In this document: piece after piece, positions 18,401 through 26,956 of the stretch
Layout: each line of letters opens with the position of its first letter
Position numbering within the stretch: the stretch's first letter is position 1
DNA from: Candidatus Bathyarchaeota archaeon
Lineage (GTDB): Archaea; Thermoproteota; Bathyarchaeia; 40CM-2-53-6; DTDX01
Assembly: GCA_018396815.1 (NCBI GenBank)
Contig: JAGTQY010000005.1
Span: 7,783 to 71,782, forward strand
DNA: 64,000 bases
Direction: 5' to 3'
The notes under the pieces: model-generated
What the model was told of the DNA's origin: nothing
Seen by the model: the letters and a program-made list of their open reading frames with translations, nothing else
The model's database searches: none
Made by a program: the position numbers and the translations under genes

Positions 18401-19374
18401 CTTAAAACTTTTATATTTGCTCCTTTATTATTAACACTTGTATAAAACACTTCTCCTCCCCCTTCCTCGTAAATAAAACTTTTAATTTTTTTAGTTAGTT
18501 TTTCAGCTTTATTTTTTCCTTTAACTAAACCATATACAGCTGGACCCCATGAACTTTGTCCTGCACCATAAGCACCATTATCAAGCATTTTTTCAATGCA
18601 TTTTTTAACTATTGGATGAATTAAACTTTTTTTTGAAACACTTATATTTTGAAGCTCAGTTAAAGCTTCTCCAAATTCTTCTATACTTAACTCTTTTAAA
18701 GCTGGAAGCATTTTCATAAGTATTAAACGGCTTATTTTTTCAGCTTCAACGCTTGGTGTTGGACATATAGCTTTAAAAGCTTTAGTTTCTTTTTCTCCAT
18801 AAAAGCCTTTAGAAATATTTGGAATAGCAACTGTAAAAAACCAATCTAAAGGAAAATCATATCTAACTATTATTGGTGGTGGAGCTGCTTTAGCTGCTCT
18901 AGATGGTAAAAAAGCTTTTTTACCTTTCTTTTTTTTAAATGGATGCCCTCCATCAACTATAAAGCCTCCATATTGGAAAGCTGCTACACCTATACCTGAT
19001 GTTCCTCCTCTACCCATAATTTCAGCTAAACGCTTAACATCAATATTAATGTTAAAAAGTTTAGCTAAAGCTGAAGCTATTGAAAGCGAAAGTTGAGTTG
19101 AAGAACCTAAACCTACATGGCTTGGAATAACCTTTTTAACATTAATTTTAAACCCTTCATTAATGTTCATAGCCTTAATAAATTTTTTAGCTAAACGCTT
19201 AACTCTATTAGGAATTAAACCTTCAATAATTATTGAATCTGCTTTAGAAGCTTCTAAAATAACATTTGGGTAATTTAAGGCTACGCCTACACTTCCATCA
19301 ATTCTTCCTAATTCACCGTTAAGATCTATAAGCGTGAAATGAAGCCTTGAAGGAGATTTAACATAAACTTTCAT
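18397..19374 (-). CDS. mptG: beta-ribofuranosylaminobenzene 5'-phosphate synthase (GHMP-kinase fold)
   Basis: GHMP motif PSHVGLGSSTQLSLSIASA and N-terminus SPSRLHFTLIDL. The Met at 19374 (MKVYVK) abuts the upstream stop, whereas the track start 19392 overlaps it. Confidence 0.7.
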   Translation of the reverse strand: MKVYVKSPSRLHFTLIDLNGELGRIDGSVGVALNYPNVILEASKADSIIIEGLIPNRVKRLAKKFIKAMNINEGFKINVKKVIPSHVGLGSSTQLSLSIASALAKLFNINIDVKRLAEIMGRGGTSGIGVAAFQYGGFIVDGGHPFKKKKGKKAFLPSRAAKAAPPPIIVRYDFPLDWFFTVAIPNISKGFYGEKETKAFKAICPTPSVEAEKISRLILMKMLPALKELSIEEFGEALTELQNISVSKKSLIHPIVKKCIEKMLDNGAYGAGQSSWGPAVYGLVKGKNKAEKLTKKIKSFIYEEGGGEVFYTSVNNKGANIKVLR

Positions 19375-20018
19375 TTTGCTCTTCTTCTCCATTCTTCACA
19401 ATCTTCAATAATAGTTTTAACAAGATTAGCATAATCTGTTTGAGGTGCAACCCTATTAATAAGATCATTATAATAAAGAATTAATTGAATTAATTTTTCA
19501 GCTTCACTAAAGTTTTTTTCAAGTAAATATTTTTTCACTCTAGTAGCGTGAATTACGCATTCTAAAGCTGCGAATAATCCACGGCAATATGGTTGAAGTT
19601 CCTCATTTCCCTCCTCAATTCCCTCTATATTGCATTCAATTTTAACTCTATCTACAGATTCATTTAAAATTTTATTTACTGTAAACTCTATATAAAGAAT
19701 TGATGTTTTAAGTTTTGGAGCATTCACATATGTTGCTGGTTTAAAAAGATTTAAGGGCAATTTTCCTCCAGGATTTTTCTCTTTAAAAGCTGTTAAATAA
19801 AATATTGTTGGGTTTAAAGTGAAATTAGCAACGCCACATTTTGAATTCATTAATTTTTTAAGTAAAGAAGCTTGTTTAAAAGGTTTTATAAAAAAACTTA
19901 AGTTATTAATTATTGTTACACCCATAGGTGCAGCTGTAGGTTCTTTATTTTCATTATAAACTGAAACAACAGCTTCATAAATTCTATTTTTACGTAAATT
20001 AAATCTTTGAATATTCAT
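19371..20018 (-). CDS. DUF447-family protein (H4MPT-associated, function unknown)
   Basis: N-terminus IYEAVVSVYNENKEPTAAPMGV resembles the DUF447 signature. It is the first gene of the operon with mptG and the DHPS-like gene. Confidence 0.55.
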   Translation of the reverse strand: MNIQRFNLRKNRIYEAVVSVYNENKEPTAAPMGVTIINNLSFFIKPFKQASLLKKLMNSKCGVANFTLNPTIFYLTAFKEKNPGGKLPLNLFKPATYVNAPKLKTSILYIEFTVNKILNESVDRVKIECNIEGIEEGNEELQPYCRGLFAALECVIHATRVKKYLLEKNFSEAEKLIQLILYYNDLINRVAPQTDYANLVKTIIEDCEEWRRRAK

Positions 20019-20211
20019 TTAGCATCAAATTAAATTAAAAAGAATAGCTTTACTATTAATTTATTCCTCTACTATCTCATTAACAAACTTTAGAAAATAT
20101 TTACATTACAATTATATTCTATGAAATGTTACAATCAGTATTAAACTCTGTTCGTGAAGAATTAAGTTAATGAAATTAAAATGATTTTTACCCAAATTTG
20201 AGTATTTACCC

Positions 20212-20228
20212 AAAAATTTATATACAAG
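20212..20228 (+). promoter_or_regulatory. BRE/TATA-like box aaaaatttatatacaag
   Basis: A-rich BRE plus TTTATATA lie about 40 nt upstream of the ATG at 20265. The identical 17-mer recurs at 24649-24665. Confidence 0.5.
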
Positions 20229-20264
20229 TTGCTACATCATTCATACTTCAAAAACTTTAATAAA

Positions 20265-20909
20265 ATGGTGAAAGTATTGATTAAAACATCTAAGTTAACA
20301 TTGAAATTAGTTGGCGCAGCTGGATTAGCACCTATAGCTGTTTTTTTTCAAGTTTCTCCACCGTTATTTTTAACGCCTTGGTTCATGAGGCTTGATTTTG
20401 TAGCTGTTCCATGGATTATTTGTTGGATGCTTTTCGGTTTTAAAGCTAGCTTAATTTGTATGGTTATAAGTGCGCCGCTTATAGGTTTCCTAGGACCATT
20501 TGCAGGCGGTTGGGTAGGCGCTTTAATGAAGATTTCAGCAAGTATATGGATGATTATTATTCCAGCTTTATTCACTTTAAAAACTAAAAGCTCAATTAAC
20601 TTAATTAAAAATAAACGGTTATTTATTTTAACAAGTTTAATAGCTGTTTTAACTAGGGATTTAGCTACAGTATTCCTTAACTTATACTTTGCTATACCTG
20701 TTTTTTTCGGTATGTCTCCAACTCAAGTTTTAAAGTTTTTCACAAACCCTAAATTCCAAAGTTTTTTAAGTCGCTTCCTAGGGTTAACATGGTTTTCAGC
20801 TTATTTCAGCGAAGTAGTTTTTTGGAATACTATTCAAGGTTTAATTGATTTATATACATCATTAATAATAGGGTTAATTATTTTAAAAAGGTTTAAATAC
20901 TTTACTTAG
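20265..20909 (+). CDS. ECF S-component-like membrane protein (RibU/FolT-like topology, substrate unknown)
   Basis: RLDFVAVPWIICWMLFGFKASL resembles the S-component helix-1/2 pattern. The track start (TTG 20229) sits immediately after the TATA box, so the ATG at 20265 (MVKVLIK) is preferred. Confidence 0.45.
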   Translation: MVKVLIKTSKLTLKLVGAAGLAPIAVFFQVSPPLFLTPWFMRLDFVAVPWIICWMLFGFKASLICMVISAPLIGFLGPFAGGWVGALMKISASIWMIIIPALFTLKTKSSINLIKNKRLFILTSLIAVLTRDLATVFLNLYFAIPVFFGMSPTQVLKFFTNPKFQSFLSRFLGLTWFSAYFSEVVFWNTIQGLIDLYTSLIIGLIILKRFKYFT

Positions 20910-20922
20910 CTTAATATTTTTT

Positions 20923-20974
20923 AGCGGGTGAGGGTCCTCCCCCCGTTCCGCTATATAAACCCCGGGTGAGGAGG
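20923..20974 (+). promoter_or_regulatory. GC-rich structured element (hairpin plus anti-SD/SD complementarity) upstream of the QueT-like gene
   Basis: AGCGG(20923-27)/CCGCU(20948-52) close a G/C-rich hairpin. CCUCC (20936-40) is complementary to the GGAGG SD (20970-74), which lies 8 nt before the TTG start. GGGTGAGG occurs twice. Confidence 0.4.
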
Positions 20975-20982
20975 AAAAATAT

Positions 20983-21477
20983 TTGAAAACAAAAACATTT
21001 AATATTTGTTTAACAACTGTTTTTGCAGCTATATACAGCATAGCTGTAGTGTCTTTATCATCTATAAGTTTTCAATTATTTCAAGTTAGAGTTGCGGATG
21101 CTCTTCTCCCTTTATCAATAATTTTTGGTTACCCAGCCATTATAGGGTTAACTATAGGGTGTTTAATAGCGAATTTTTTTGGTGGTTTAGGTGTAATAGA
21201 TGTTATTGGAGGTAGCTTTGCAAATTTTATTGCCGCATTTATTGCATGGAAAATTGGAAAATTAAAATTTAATGGAAGTTGGATTTTAGCTTCACTCATA
21301 GAAACATTAGTAATTACAGGTATTGTAGGTTTTTATTTAAGCTTCATATTTAACGTTCCATTATACGCTTCTTTATTAAGTATTTTAATAGGAAGCTTAA
21401 TAGCAATAAACCTTATAGGTTATTTTCTGCTTAAAGCTATTTCAAGAATTGCTGCAAAATACATTTTTGAACTTTAA
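20983..21477 (+). CDS. queT: QueT-like queuosine/archaeosine-precursor transporter (S-component family)
   Basis: 164 aa with 5-6 TM helices. QVRVADALLPL and FFGGLGVIDVIGGSFANF resemble QueT family motifs. TTG start with a good SD. Confidence 0.55.
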   Translation: MKTKTFNICLTTVFAAIYSIAVVSLSSISFQLFQVRVADALLPLSIIFGYPAIIGLTIGCLIANFFGGLGVIDVIGGSFANFIAAFIAWKIGKLKFNGSWILASLIETLVITGIVGFYLSFIFNVPLYASLLSILIGSLIAINLIGYFLLKAISRIAAKYIFEL

Positions 21478-21499
21478 TAAACCCCCCTTTACTTTTTAT

Positions 21500-22810
21500 T
21501 TAAAACTTTTCTTGAATTTGAGATAGCTTAGCAACAGCAAAAGGAATAACCATTTCATCTTTACTTAATCCTCCATGAAGCCCTGTGTAACGAAGTTTTT
21601 CACCTTTAACATGTTTATACCAAACAGTATTGTTGTTTAATGGTAAAATAATTAAATCACCTGCTCTTTCATAAAATTTCTTTTTAGGTTTTTTATTTGA
21701 AAAACCAAATAATCCTTGTTTAACAGCTGTTTCAACATCAATTATATAGGCTTTATTTTTAAGTTTATATGAAAGAAAATCTTTAACTTCATTTATTTTA
21801 TTTGGTTTTAAATGAAGATAAAGATCTCTTGGGCTTCCACTCGGTAAAACAATTTTTCCTTTAACGTTTCTTCTAAAACTTTCTTTAAGCTTCCTAAATT
21901 TATTTAAGTAAATTGTTTCTTTAGGGTTAACAGTTATTTGACCATGATCAGATGTTACAATAATTAATGTTTCCTCAGCAATATTTTTTTGAATATTTCT
22001 TAAAGCACTAGTTAATATAAAGTTTAAAACGTGAAATTCCAAGTTTTGAGCTTCATTATTTAACCCGTATCTATGCTCTATAGCGTCTAAAGCATCCCAG
22101 TAAACATAAAAATAAGCAGGTCCCTTTTCTTTCTCTAAAAGCTTTTTAAGATTTACTATTAAATCTGAAAAGTTTATAAAAGGATGGATTTCACTTCCTT
22201 TTCGCATTAATTTAGCGTAAGCTTTAGAAGCATATGAAGAATTTATAAAAGAAAAAGATTTAACCCCTTTCCTCTTTAATTTTTGATATACTGTTTCATT
22301 ATTAAATAAAACTTTTGGTTTAATTCCTTCTTCAAACAGTTTATCTTCACATTCTTCATTAAAAGGTGTAAAATGCATTGTAACAATTATATCACCAAAC
22401 TCTTCAAGATACATGTACCATTCTAAAAGAGCATGTTCTTGAGGTGTCAATCCTGTATCAATAGTTGCAAGCGCAGAAGTTGTTGTTGAAGGAAAAACAG
22501 TTGTTAAAGGTAAACAAACCCCTTTATTAACTATAGCATTAAAAAAATTCAAGTTTTTATAGTTTTTTATAAAGTAATTGTAGCCTAAACCATCTAGCAA
22601 AATTAAAACTATCTTATTTATACTACTTAAATTACTTAATTTTTCTTCTAAAATTTTATAAATTAAGCTTTCATTTTTGCTTTTTATATTAAAGAAACTT
22701 AATGTAAATTCAGGAATTTTAATTAAACAATAACTATTGTAAAGAGGGTATACAAAACCTTTCTCGTTTTTTTCAGTTAAAATTAAATTTTCTATTTCTT
22801 TAATTATCAT
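21500..22810 (-). CDS. alkaline-phosphatase-superfamily phosphodiesterase/nucleotide pyrophosphatase family protein
   Basis: LLDGLGYNY, VFPSTTTSALATIDTGL and VTSDHGQ are metal/nucleophile motifs of the AP fold. Confidence 0.7.
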   Translation of the reverse strand: MIIKEIENLILTEKNEKGFVYPLYNSYCLIKIPEFTLSFFNIKSKNESLIYKILEEKLSNLSSINKIVLILLDGLGYNYFIKNYKNLNFFNAIVNKGVCLPLTTVFPSTTTSALATIDTGLTPQEHALLEWYMYLEEFGDIIVTMHFTPFNEECEDKLFEEGIKPKVLFNNETVYQKLKRKGVKSFSFINSSYASKAYAKLMRKGSEIHPFINFSDLIVNLKKLLEKEKGPAYFYVYWDALDAIEHRYGLNNEAQNLEFHVLNFILTSALRNIQKNIAEETLIIVTSDHGQITVNPKETIYLNKFRKLKESFRRNVKGKIVLPSGSPRDLYLHLKPNKINEVKDFLSYKLKNKAYIIDVETAVKQGLFGFSNKKPKKKFYERAGDLIILPLNNNTVWYKHVKGEKLRYTGLHGGLSKDEMVIPFAVAKLSQIQEKF

Positions 22811-22831
22811 TTTAATTTTTCTCCAAATCTC

Positions 22832-24007
22832 CTAAATTATTATTAAAGCAATTAATAATGCCAAAACTAATGTAATTAAACCGTCACTTGAAGCCATTTC
22901 AATTGGAACTGTAAAATTATCTGGATCTAAACCTTTATAGCATGTTGCTACAGCTGTAAAGAAAGATAAAATTGCCACCAAGGGAAAAACTATTAAAAAA
23001 GTTAAAACAATAATAAGGAAGTTTATGAAACTTGAGTTTAAAGAAGCTAAAACCCCATAAAAAATATACATTATTAAGGTTGCACTTGCAATTTGCTTCA
23101 ATTCGTTTAAATTGTTTTTTATAGCTGTTAATTTAGGTTTAATCAATCCTAAAGCAAATTTAGTTGTTAATAAAGAACCGAAAACAGCGCCGCTATCACC
23201 TATAGTATCTATTAAAGCTGGATAAACACGTATAAAACTTTTATGCATTTCAATTTTATTTTTTACTTTTGAAAGTGAAAAACCTGAAATAGCGCTTATA
23301 ACAGCAGCTATTAAAACACCGAAAAACGCTTCTTTAACCACTTTTAAGTAACTTTTTTCCTTTCTAAACTTTAATGAATTTAATAAAGTAAGAAAAATAT
23401 AACTTAACGCTATAAAGTTTAATATTATTTTACCGAATAAACCAAGTTTAAACCCTAAAGTTAACATAAAAATATAAAATATTGTAACTAGAATATCGGC
23501 TATTGTTGATGAAACAGGGTAAACAATAACATCTGGGTCAGCACCTTTTTTAAAAGAGAAAAAACCTAAAAAAGAAGTTATAGGTTCAATAACGATTGTT
23601 ACTAAACCTTGAGTTGCTATACAAATACTTAAAATAAAAAGTAATTCATTAAATTTAATGTTATAAAAAGCTTTACTAATAGTGAAAACGATTAAACCTA
23701 TTATTAAACTTAAAATAAGGGAAAGCGTAAAACTTGAACATGTTAAAGCATGATAATGAATTGTATTTCTTCTTAATTGAGGTTTAATTAAACCTAAATG
23801 AAGGTTTGTTCCAAGCCTACTAGCGAAAACACCGTTTACAGCTCCTCTAACACTTAAACTCATAGGGTAAAGCATTAAACTCCATGGAGTTAACAAAATT
23901 AAAGATGAAAAAGCTACTGCTAAACTTCCAGCTATTAAACCTGAAGCATCAAATAATAAAGCTGCTAAAGTTTCTTTAAAAACTTTTAATCGACCTAAAG
24001 TTAACAT
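22832..24007 (-). CDS. MgtE-like divalent-cation transporter, duplicated membrane domain without cytosolic sensor domains
   Basis: Two repeats each end in a GxDPD motif (KGADPDVIVYPVSSTIADI and GLDPDNFTVPIEMASSDGL), as in the MgtE/SLC41 membrane domain. Confidence 0.55.
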   Translation of the reverse strand: MLTLGRLKVFKETLAALLFDASGLIAGSLAVAFSSLILLTPWSLMLYPMSLSVRGAVNGVFASRLGTNLHLGLIKPQLRRNTIHYHALTCSSFTLSLILSLIIGLIVFTISKAFYNIKFNELLFILSICIATQGLVTIVIEPITSFLGFFSFKKGADPDVIVYPVSSTIADILVTIFYIFMLTLGFKLGLFGKIILNFIALSYIFLTLLNSLKFRKEKSYLKVVKEAFFGVLIAAVISAISGFSLSKVKNKIEMHKSFIRVYPALIDTIGDSGAVFGSLLTTKFALGLIKPKLTAIKNNLNELKQIASATLIMYIFYGVLASLNSSFINFLIIVLTFLIVFPLVAILSFFTAVATCYKGLDPDNFTVPIEMASSDGLITLVLALLIALIII

Positions 24008-24119
24008 TTATTTCTCCTTCTTTTAAAGCTTCTTTTAACTTAAAAAAATGAACAATTAAACAAGTATAAAAATATAATTCTTATATAAAAAAGGGAATTT
24101 TTATTTTAATATTCAAATT

Positions 24120-24578
24120 TTAAGTATTTGGTATTTTAAAGTTTTCTTTAATAACGTTAAGAACCACATTTGTAACTGTTTTTTTAACGTAAGGTGTAGC
24201 TAAAAGATTTTTTATAAACATATTTAATTCCTCTCTATTTTTAAATCTAGCTATTGCAATAATATCGTAATCTCCAGTAACATCATAAACTAAAGCAACA
24301 TTATTCATTTTCGCTATTTTATTTTCAACTTCCAAGAGATGTTTTCCTTCAGCTTGAATTAATATAACTGCCATTAAATCGTAACCAATTTTCGCTAAAT
24401 CTATAACTGCTGAATAACCTTTTATTACTCCATTTTTTTCTAAATTTTTAACTCTATGGTAAACTGTTCCAACTGAAACTCCAAGTTTATCAGCTATTTT
24501 ATTAAAGCTTAACCTACAATCTTCTTGAAGCAAATTTATAATTTGCAAATCTAATTTATCAATTTTTGCATTATTCAT
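24120..24578 (-). CDS. Lrp/AsnC family transcriptional regulator
   Basis: N-terminal HTH (LDLQIINLLQEDCRLSFNKIADKLGVSVGTVYHRVKNLEKNGVI) plus a C-terminal RAM-like domain. Confidence 0.85.
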   Translation of the reverse strand: MNNAKIDKLDLQIINLLQEDCRLSFNKIADKLGVSVGTVYHRVKNLEKNGVIKGYSAVIDLAKIGYDLMAVILIQAEGKHLLEVENKIAKMNNVALVYDVTGDYDIIAIARFKNREELNMFIKNLLATPYVKKTVTNVVLNVIKENFKIPNT

Positions 24579-24791
24579 TTTTTAACATCGCTCTTTGAAT
24601 ATTTATTTAAAACTTTCTTAAAAAGTTAAATAAATGTTTTTTATAACAAAAAATTTATATACAAGAGTTTTATAAGCAAGCCTATTACAAAATAAAATTG
24701 CATTAAAATAAGAAACAAAATACTTTTATAGTAAAAATATTAAAATTAAAATAAAAATTTTCTAGAAAAATGGAAAAAAAGGATTGAAAAA

Positions 24792-26015
24792 ATGATGAAC
24801 TACATGGATTATAAAGTTTTTTTTAATAAGCTTTCATTAAAAACTGAACCATTAATTGATGATACAACTTTAAGAGATGGAGTTCAAATGCCTGGTTTAG
24901 CTGTAACACCGGAGGATGCAGCTAAAATAGCTAAATTTTTAGATGAAATCGGAGTTGAAAGAATGGAGCTTCATCATTACCATCCATCAGATAAAAAAGC
25001 TGTAAAATTAATTAAAGATTTAAGTTTAAACATTAGAATTGCAGGTTGGTGTAGAGCTGTTAAAGAAGATGTAGATGACGCTTTAAATTGCGGTTTTGAA
25101 GAAATCGGGATTTCCCATCCAGTTTCATACATTCATTTCAAAGCTAAATGGCCTGATAAAAACGAGGAAGAACTTCTTAATAGAGTTGTTGAAGTTGTAG
25201 AGTATGCTGCTAAAGATCAAGGTTTAAAAGTTTTTGTTCATGGTGAAGACAGCACTCGAGCAAACTGGAATTTTGAAAAAAAATTTATTAATGCTGTTGC
25301 TGAAGCTGGAGCTGAATGCTATAGAATTTGCGATACTGTAGGTATAGGTTTATCAAACCCTAACGCGCCTTTACCAAACGGTATACCAGCTAAAATTAAA
25401 GCTGTTAAAAACGAAACAAAAATTAAATCTATAGAAATTCATGCTCATGATGATTTTGGAAACGCTGTTGAAAACACTATGGCTGCTATAATAGCTGCTT
25501 CAGGAGTTTGGGATAAAATTTATGCTAGCACAACTTTTCTCGGTATAGGTGAGCGAGCTGGAAACGCTGAAACAGAAAAAATAATAATGAATCTTTACAT
25601 GCATTACAACGTTAAAAAATTTGAGGGTAAAACCCAAAAGTTGAAGCAATTAGCTGATTTAATTTCGAAAGCCACAGGTTATGTAACGCCACCTAACAAA
25701 GCTATAGTTGGCGACTATGCTTTTGCGCATGAAAGCGGAATACATGCATTTGGAGTTTTAAATAATCCATTAACATATGAACCTTATCCACCAGAACTTG
25801 TTGGAAACAAGCGTAGAATAACAATAGGTAAACAATCTGGAAAAGCAGCTATAAAATATAAAATTGAAGAATTAACAGGTTTAACGCCAACAGAAAATCA
25901 GTTAACTGAAGTTAAAAAGAAAATAGAGGAAATTTACGCATCAGGTAGAAAAGCATCACTTAAAGAAGATGAACTTAAAAAAATCCTTAAAGAAATAGGG
26001 TTAATAAAAAATTAA
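24792..26015 (+). CDS. HMGL-like family synthase (homocitrate/isopropylmalate/citramalate synthase family, short form without LeuA regulatory domain)
   Basis: DTTLRDGVQMPG, HAHDDFGNAVENT and FAHESGIHA motifs. 407 aa. Confidence 0.7.
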   Translation: MMNYMDYKVFFNKLSLKTEPLIDDTTLRDGVQMPGLAVTPEDAAKIAKFLDEIGVERMELHHYHPSDKKAVKLIKDLSLNIRIAGWCRAVKEDVDDALNCGFEEIGISHPVSYIHFKAKWPDKNEEELLNRVVEVVEYAAKDQGLKVFVHGEDSTRANWNFEKKFINAVAEAGAECYRICDTVGIGLSNPNAPLPNGIPAKIKAVKNETKIKSIEIHAHDDFGNAVENTMAAIIAASGVWDKIYASTTFLGIGERAGNAETEKIIMNLYMHYNVKKFEGKTQKLKQLADLISKATGYVTPPNKAIVGDYAFAHESGIHAFGVLNNPLTYEPYPPELVGNKRRITIGKQSGKAAIKYKIEELTGLTPTENQLTEVKKKIEEIYASGRKASLKEDELKKILKEIGLIKN

Positions 26016-26084
26016 ACTTCACGTTTATTATCTCCCTATAAAAATCACTTTCAACTGAAGATTAAAGGCTATATGGAATAAATA

Positions 26085-26570
26085 CCCTTTTTTTCTTTAG
26101 TTAAATATTATGTGGCGGATAGCATGTCTTTTGAGGAAGCTGATATTCCTCGAAAGCAGGCTGAAGCCTTCTTGAAGAATGCTGAGCATCTCCTTAAAAG
26201 CGGAGCTTGCAAGTTTTCATTCTAAACTGCTTTTCTCTAGTTGAAGAATTTAAGGATTATCTTAATGTAGCTAAACGCGTTAAAGCCATTATGCAGAGTA
26301 TAGATTTAAGCGCACGAGTTTATCTTTTCGGTTTGATCGTTAGAGGCGATGCTACAACCATAAGCGATATAGACATTCTGGTAGTCATCGAGATGGTTGA
26401 GCGTAAATATGAGATTATGGTTAAAGTGTATAAGGCTTTTGAAGGGTCCTCTAAAACTTCACGTTACAAATGAGGCGATGCTTAATAGATGGTATAAGCG
26501 GTTCATTCCAGAAGAAGAAGTTTAGCGCGCACGATCTTAAATATTTTATATGCATCCTTAAGAATTAACC
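26085..26570 (+). pseudogene. decayed copy of the HEPN/MNT cassette found intact at 59.1-59.9 kb
   Basis: Nucleotide-level similarity to 59105-59875 in the same orientation. The HEPN body is deleted and the MNT frame (track ORF 26207-26473) breaks before the conserved C-terminus. Confidence 0.7.
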
Positions 26571-26760
26571 CTTAAACCCTATAAGGCGTTAATCTTTAAG
26601 CTTCCTCCAAAAATCAAAAATTGAATTCAAGATGGCTTAGAAAATCAAAAAAATTAAAGGTTTTATGCAGAAGACCCCTCTTTAGGGTAATAAGCCTTAA
26701 TTTGAATTTATCAGCGTTTATAAAGGTTTTAAGCAAGTTTATTGCATGAAAATTTTTTAT

Positions 26761-26857
26761 ATGGTGGAAGCTATAGAAGAAATATTTGAATATAGGTAAG
26801 CAAGGCAGGATTGCTCTTCCTATTTGTATTCGAAAAATTATAGGAATTAAAGGTTGA
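26761..26857 (+). pseudogene. AbrB/SpoVT-type antitoxin fragment (frameshifted, truncated)
   Basis: MVEAIEEIFEYR* is followed in the next frame by IGKQGRIALPICIRKIIGIKG*, which carries the AbrB loop motif. Confidence 0.4.
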
Positions 26858-26956
26858 GGGAAGCTTTTAGCTAGAATGGCTTAAGAATAGAGCTATTTAA
26901 GCTCTTTAATAAAACTATTTTATTTCAATAATCTTCTTTAAAAAAATGCTTTTTGC

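Noticed and set aside
20923-20982. Calling the GC-rich element a preQ1-I riboswitch
   Set aside because: Only a loose resemblance: a short stem, an A-rich tail and a C-rich 3' segment. The loop is much larger than the preQ1-I consensus, and the TATA-like CTATATAAA offers a simpler promoter/terminator reading. It is kept as an unclassified candidate only.
24792-26015. Val in place of the usual Glu in the DTTLRDG-E-Q motif as a sign of a novel activity
   Set aside because: That position varies across the HMGL-like superfamily (E, N, M, L and H in different members), so the substitution alone is not informative.
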